This document shows positions 1 to 6,976 of a stretch of 6,976 bases of DNA, one piece after another. The notes beneath the pieces are model-generated. The model was not told the DNA's origin and did not search any database. It saw only the letters and a program-made list of their open reading frames with translations. The position numbers and the translations under genes are program-made. The first letter of the stretch is position 1, and every line of letters begins with the position of its first letter. This DNA is from a virus, in UHGV virus genome UHGV-2023596. One strand, written 5' to 3'.

Positions 1-536
<536 letters not shown>

Positions 537-549
537 TATCAGGTGGTGA

Positions 550-840
<291 letters not shown>

Positions 841-851
841 ACGGGTGATTT

Positions 852-3166
<2,315 letters not shown>

Positions 3167-3434
3167 TGCCGCGCCAGCGGCATGGAAGGCGGCATGATGA
3201 TGTTTCATGTGACGCAGCTGTCAGCCCGCCGAAGCCAGTGAGAGATGACAGAGCAGCAGGAGACAGCGCAACGCGCCGCCTGCCAGACCGCCTTTAAACG
3301 GGCAGTCAGCGAGACGAACGACGCAAGGCGTGAGTCGTCCATGCATTGATGTGGCATGTTGATGGAATTGATGATTTACAGCGTTCTGGTGAGGGTCGGT
3401 GTCGCTTTCAGTCTGTTTTTACCGCATCTCATTG

Positions 3435-3898
<464 letters not shown>

Positions 3899-3918
3899 TT
3901 AGTATGGAATCCCATACT

Positions 3919-4245
3919 TTATTCTTCCCATTTTTCTGATTGAGTCATTATTACCCATACTTTAATTAGTTTCTTGATTGCTTTCTGATCTTCTTCTGGA
4001 AGGTTGTTTATTGCCTGATTTAGGTATGTTGTCGCTGTTGACTCTTCTCCAAATATTAATTCCTCAACGGTTGTTCCTAGTTCTGTAGCTAGTGCTATAA
4101 CAGTCTGAATCTGTGGGTTTTTTTGCGTTCCGTTTTCAAGCCTTGATATTTGAGCTTTTGATATTCCGCTTTTGTCCGCTAGTTCTTGCTGGCTGAGCTT
4201 TGCGGCTTCCCTCATGCGCCTGATGTTGTCGCCTATATGATTCAT
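3919..4245 (-). CDS. XRE/Cro-C1-type helix-turn-helix transcriptional repressor (108 aa), divergent from the replication gene
   Basis: Classic HTH LSQQELADKSGISKAQISRLENG near the N-terminus; divergent arrangement like rstR in CTXphi-type phages. Confidence 0.85.
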   Translation of the reverse strand: MNHIGDNIRRMREAAKLSQQELADKSGISKAQISRLENGTQKNPQIQTVIALATELGTTVEELIFGEESTATTYLNQAINNLPEEDQKAIKKLIKVWVIMTQSEKWEE

Positions 4246-4290
4246 TTTTTGCCTTCAAGTTGTCATTTATGACCATTTTATTTGATTTTG

Positions 4291-4319
4291 TTGCATATGT
4301 GCGTTTTGTGGTGTATATA
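4291..4319 (+). promoter_or_regulatory. Candidate sigma70 promoter for the replication operon (-35 TTGCAT, 17-bp spacer, -10 TATATA)
   Basis: TTGCAT at 4291-4296 and TATATA at 4314-4319 with a 17-nt spacer; lies in the divergent intergenic region and is flanked by repeated CATAT(A)TG motifs. Confidence 0.45.
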
Positions 4320-4352
4320 TGAGTCGCATTCGTTTCATATATGAGGTCTCCG

Positions 4353-5477
4353 ATGATTCAGTATGACTGGCTGAAGGCTGAACAAAATTTTTTTGAGCCT
4401 TTACCTTTTTTGGGAGATGTTGCTTATCAGCGTATCCATGTTGATACGGGAGAGGCTTCTTGTCTTTCTCAGCCTGTTTACAGACATGAAGGATCTTTCA
4501 GTGATGTTGTGTCTATCAGGATTCGTGATTCCATTCTAACCATGGAGGGCAACCCATCCCGCTGGGGTAAGCTGGATAATGTTTTTGGCTGCACTTCAAT
4601 TGATGAGTGTTTTTCCGTTTTTAATGGGATTTTGTGCTCTTTGGGATTGCCACCATTTTCAAAGGGTACACGTTTTAAACTTCGACAGTTGCCTGATAAT
4701 TCTTTTTGTGGTCATATTTGGAACGGTGCTATTATCCGTGAGACTCATATAAATTCTAATTATTCAGTTGGATATAATAATGAAAAACCATTTATAAGAG
4801 GTGTTTCTACATTACCTTACCGTAATTCATTACCTCGACTTCATACTAATGGTATGGCCTGTGACTGGCTTTCAAAACTTGGCAATGCTAATTTGATATA
4901 TCCGACGGTATATTGTAAAGCTAATGAGCTTCTTATTCATACTGTAAAAAAAATAAAATCCAAGTTTGGAGAAGATAGTAATGAATTCAGGTATGTTCAA
5001 CAGTTGCATGAATTCCTTGTACTTAATGGCGTTGTCAGGTTCGAACAAAAATTAAAATCCCGTTATTTACAGAAGCATGATTTATGCTACTGGGGGTATT
5101 CTGAGTTTGAGATTCTTGAAGATCTCCAGCGGGAGTTTATTTCTATTGTTAATAAGTTATCTTTAACCGCGTATGATGTTCAGACTATATCAGAGGCTTT
5201 AATTGCTAATGGTGTTGTTGATAATGTTAAAGCAGCCAATACAACCGCTTATTACGCTTATGCGTGGATGAACGGTGAACATTTTGATTTTAATAAGAGT
5301 GCAGTTAAAATCCATCGTGCCCGCCTTCGTAAAATTGGCATTGATATCGCTATGGAATATGATGCAAGTAAAACCCCTGGTGTTGTTATTCATAATATGC
5401 GGGAAATATCAATGCAGGAAACAGTTATGCCTGAATGGTATCGTCAGCGTGTAACCCCTCTTTATGCTGTTTGTTAA
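4353..5477 (+). CDS. Putative rolling-circle replication initiation protein (RstA/pII-like); start taken as ATG 4353, alternative ATG 4341
   Basis: 374-aa ORF directly downstream of the divergent repressor and upstream of the gV-like gene, the position of the Rep gene in CTXphi-like phages. GAGG at 4343-4346 is 6 nt upstream of ATG 4353. No catalytic motif could be confirmed by eye. Confidence 0.55.
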   Translation: MIQYDWLKAEQNFFEPLPFLGDVAYQRIHVDTGEASCLSQPVYRHEGSFSDVVSIRIRDSILTMEGNPSRWGKLDNVFGCTSIDECFSVFNGILCSLGLPPFSKGTRFKLRQLPDNSFCGHIWNGAIIRETHINSNYSVGYNNEKPFIRGVSTLPYRNSLPRLHTNGMACDWLSKLGNANLIYPTVYCKANELLIHTVKKIKSKFGEDSNEFRYVQQLHEFLVLNGVVRFEQKLKSRYLQKHDLCYWGYSEFEILEDLQREFISIVNKLSLTAYDVQTISEALIANGVVDNVKAANTTAYYAYAWMNGEHFDFNKSAVKIHRARLRKIGIDIAMEYDASKTPGVVIHNMREISMQETVMPEWYRQRVTPLYAVC

Positions 5478-5497
5478 TAAATCAGGAGAATTTAAAG

Positions 5498-5848
5498 ATG
5501 GCTATGATTAATATTGATGAACGTTATCTTGTTATTATTGAATTTGAGGAAGACGATGTTCGTGTTGATTCTTTTGAATATGACAAGAAAGATAAGAAAA
5601 CGGGGCAGGTAGTTGTTGATTCTAATGGCTCTCCTGTTAAGGGGGTTATGTACTCTCAGGTTGGTGTTGTAAAACTGGGGCGACAGGTAATTGAATGTAA
5701 AGTTCCGCTTGATGAGGGGCAACCTCCTTACTCTGCGGGGAAATATCTTATTCATCCTTCTTCTTATACTATTGGTAATTTTGGTAGCATTGAATTTGCT
5801 TTTAAGCTTGTTCTTTTTCCGTTAAATGATGTTAAGTCTAAGTCATAA
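5498..5848 (+). CDS. Gene-V-like ssDNA-binding protein (116 aa)
   Basis: RBS AGGAGA (5484-5489) 8 nt upstream of the ATG. C-terminal half KVPLDEGQPPYSAGKYLIHPSSYTIGNFGSI aligns by eye with Ff gVp (KITLDEGQPAYAPGLYTVHLSSFKVGQFGSL, from memory). The ORF-track start at 5435 lies inside the upstream gene and lacks an RBS. Confidence 0.8.
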   Translation: MAMINIDERYLVIIEFEEDDVRVDSFEYDKKDKKTGQVVVDSNGSPVKGVMYSQVGVVKLGRQVIECKVPLDEGQPPYSAGKYLIHPSSYTIGNFGSIEFAFKLVLFPLNDVKSKS

Positions 5849-5851
5849 CGT

Positions 5852-6082
5852 ATGAGTAGGGATTTCGTCGGGCTTATACAATCTTATTACAGTAAAGGTG
5901 TGGCTGAGTTTTCCTCCTCTAATTATTCGGTTGCATTTGACATATTCATTGTTTGTATGAGTCATATTTCACTGTTGCTTAATAATCCTCGCATTCCGCT
6001 GGATTCTTATGAAATGACAAAGCTGATAAGGCTTAATGCACTTTGTTTAAAGTTCACAGAGGACTGTAAATGTTTAATGTAA
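5852..6082 (+). CDS. Small hypothetical protein (76 aa) at the pVII position, one hydrophobic segment
   Basis: Starts 3 nt after the gV-like stop and ends 3 nt before the next ORF; hydrophobic stretch VAFDIFIVCMSHISLLL. Call is positional only. Confidence 0.45.
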   Translation: MSRDFVGLIQSYYSKGVAEFSSSNYSVAFDIFIVCMSHISLLLNNPRIPLDSYEMTKLIRLNALCLKFTEDCKCLM

Positions 6083-6085
6083 CAT

Positions 6086-6259
6086 ATGTCGGCTAATTCG
6101 GATTCGGTTTCCACGCAAATTAATGCTGTTTGCGTGGGGATACCTGATGTGTCGGGGATTGATTCTTCGGCGTTTTTAACGGGGTTTTCACTGCCAGTAT
6201 TTTGTTTTTTTCTTGGCATGATTATTTCCACAATCTGGAGTCTAATAAGGAGACTTTAA
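6086..6259 (+). CDS. Small hydrophobic protein (57 aa) at the pIX position, absent from the ORF track (below its length cut-off)
   Basis: ATG at 6086 to TAA at 6257-6259, ending 2 nt before the coat-protein start; C-terminal half FLTGFSLPVFCFFLGMIISTIWSLIRRL is a membrane segment with a basic tail, as expected of a minor virion cap protein. Confidence 0.45.
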   Translation: MSANSDSVSTQINAVCVGIPDVSGIDSSAFLTGFSLPVFCFFLGMIISTIWSLIRRL

Positions 6260-6261
6260 TT

Positions 6262-6513
6262 ATGTTTGCAAAAATGACTAATTTTTTTAAGGGTGCTAAT
6301 AAGAAAGGTGCAGTTTTATCTCTCTCCGCTGCTTCTGCTCTTGCTGCATCTCCGTCTTTTGCTGAAAGCACAGTCGATTTTTCATCATTGACTAGCAGTA
6401 TTGATATGTCTTCTGTTTCTGCCGTTATTCTTTCTATCGGTGTTGCAGGAGTTACAGTTTATCTTACTTTTGCAGGCGTCCGTAAAGTATGGGGAGCCAT
6501 CAGAAGTATCTGA
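6262..6513 (+). CDS. Major coat protein (pVIII-like) precursor with signal peptide
   Basis: RBS AAGGAGA (6247-6253) 8 nt before ATG 6262. Signal peptide ends at SFA; mature ~49-aa peptide has an acidic N-terminus (ESTVDF), a hydrophobic core and a basic C-terminus (RKVWGAIRSI). The ORF-track start at 6202 is a TTG extension. Confidence 0.85.
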   Translation: MFAKMTNFFKGANKKGAVLSLSAASALAASPSFAESTVDFSSLTSSIDMSSVSAVILSIGVAGVTVYLTFAGVRKVWGAIRSI

Positions 6514-6528
6514 GTTGTTTTTATGGGG

Positions 6529-6552
6529 AAGGGCGGATATCCGCCCTTTTTT
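6529..6552 (+). terminator. Rho-independent terminator downstream of the major coat gene
   Basis: Palindrome AAGGGCGG-ATAT-CCGCCCTT followed by a 6-T run (6547-6552), 16 nt after the coat stop codon. Confidence 0.8.
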
Positions 6553-6650
6553 GATCGGAGTTCTTTATGTGGGAATTTATTTTCATGATGTACGGCTCTC
6601 TTTGTGGGCTTTGTTGTGTTATGGGTTTTAAGAGTAATATGTGAGTTTTT

Positions 6651-6842
6651 ATGCAAAAGACAGAAATCCGGCTACAAATACCCGTTGATGTAATAAAGAA
6701 GATAGAAAAAATTATCGAACGACAGAATATAACTGTTGATGATTATATTGTTTCATCTGTTTCAGAAGTTTCTGACCGTGATTTTCGCAACATTGTTAAG
6801 CCTTTCTCTTTTGATTTTGGGGGTGGTCGTGAAATTAAATAA
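6651..6842 (+). CDS. Small hydrophilic hypothetical protein (63 aa), possible ribbon-helix-helix-like fold
   Basis: ORF between the coat gene and gIII; stop at 6840-6842 is 4 nt before the gIII ATG. Predicted beta-strand then two helices (TEIRLQIP, VDVIKKIEKIIERQ, TVDDYIVSSVSEV). Weak SD (GAG, 5 nt spacer). Confidence 0.4.
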   Translation: MQKTEIRLQIPVDVIKKIEKIIERQNITVDDYIVSSVSEVSDRDFRNIVKPFSFDFGGGREIK

Positions 6843-6846
6843 AACA

Positions 6847-6976
6847 ATGACAGCGTTTTTATTATTTTCTCTGTCTTTCTCCTGTAATGTCCGTGCTGAT
6901 GCTTCACTGGCAACAAATACTTTTACATCTGAGTTATCAGGTGTGATTAACCGTAAACTGATTTCTCTTGGTGCAG
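6847..6976 (+). CDS. pIII-like adsorption protein, N-terminal portion with signal peptide (3' partial, runs off the window)
   Basis: ATG 6847 opens MTAFLLFSLSFSCNVRA (signal peptide-like) and the frame stays open to the window end; position after the coat gene matches gIII. No clear SD. Confidence 0.55.
   Translation, partial: MTAFLLFSLSFSCNVRADASLATNTFTSELSGVINRKLISLGA

Noticed and set aside
5435-5497. Upstream start (5435) for the gV-like gene
   Set aside because: It lies inside the upstream replication gene without an RBS; ATG 5498 has a strong AGGAGA RBS and gives a gVp-sized product.
6202-6261. TTG start (6202) for the major coat protein
   Set aside because: AAGGAGA at 6247-6253 sits at ideal spacing for ATG 6262, which yields a canonical signal peptide; the upstream extension overlaps the 57-aa ORF.
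5199-6656. Antisense and alternative-frame ORFs over the replication, SSB and coat genes (5199-5393 -, 5492-5755 -, 6007-6231 -, 6401-6631 +, 6459-6656 -)
   Set aside because: They overlap better-supported + strand genes and lack start signals; the 6401-6631 frame also runs across the coat-gene terminator.

Overview
The window is essentially one near-complete filamentous phage (inovirus-like) genome, with every gene on the + strand except one divergently transcribed repressor. Gene order: C-terminal part of a pIII-like adsorption protein with a long (Thr-Gly)n linker (1-536); pVI-like protein (553-840); pI/Zot-family assembly ATPase (852-1910); pIV-type secretin (1907-3166); a ~750-bp non-coding region (3167-3918) holding two tandem ~96-nt forked hairpins whose paired arms are dif-like XerC/XerD half-sites (3435-3530, 3574-3669); an XRE/Cro-type HTH repressor on the minus strand (3919-4245); a divergent promoter region; a putative rolling-circle replication initiator (4353-5477); a gene-V-like ssDNA-binding protein (5498-5848); two tightly packed small ORFs at the pVII/pIX position (5852-6082, 6086-6259); the major coat protein with signal peptide (6262-6513); an intrinsic terminator; a small hydrophilic ORF (6651-6842); and the N-terminus of a pIII-like protein (6847 to window end). 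No integrase, transposase or toxin cargo gene is visible. The most interesting element is the pair of hairpins, which look like CTXphi-type single-stranded attP sites for host XerCD recombination. The genome combines an Ff-like morphogenesis block that includes its own secretin with a CTXphi-like lysogeny and replication block. The window starts and ends inside gene III, so it is either a circularly permuted cut or part of a tandem prophage array. All calls rest on reading the sequence and on remembered family features; no database search was run.
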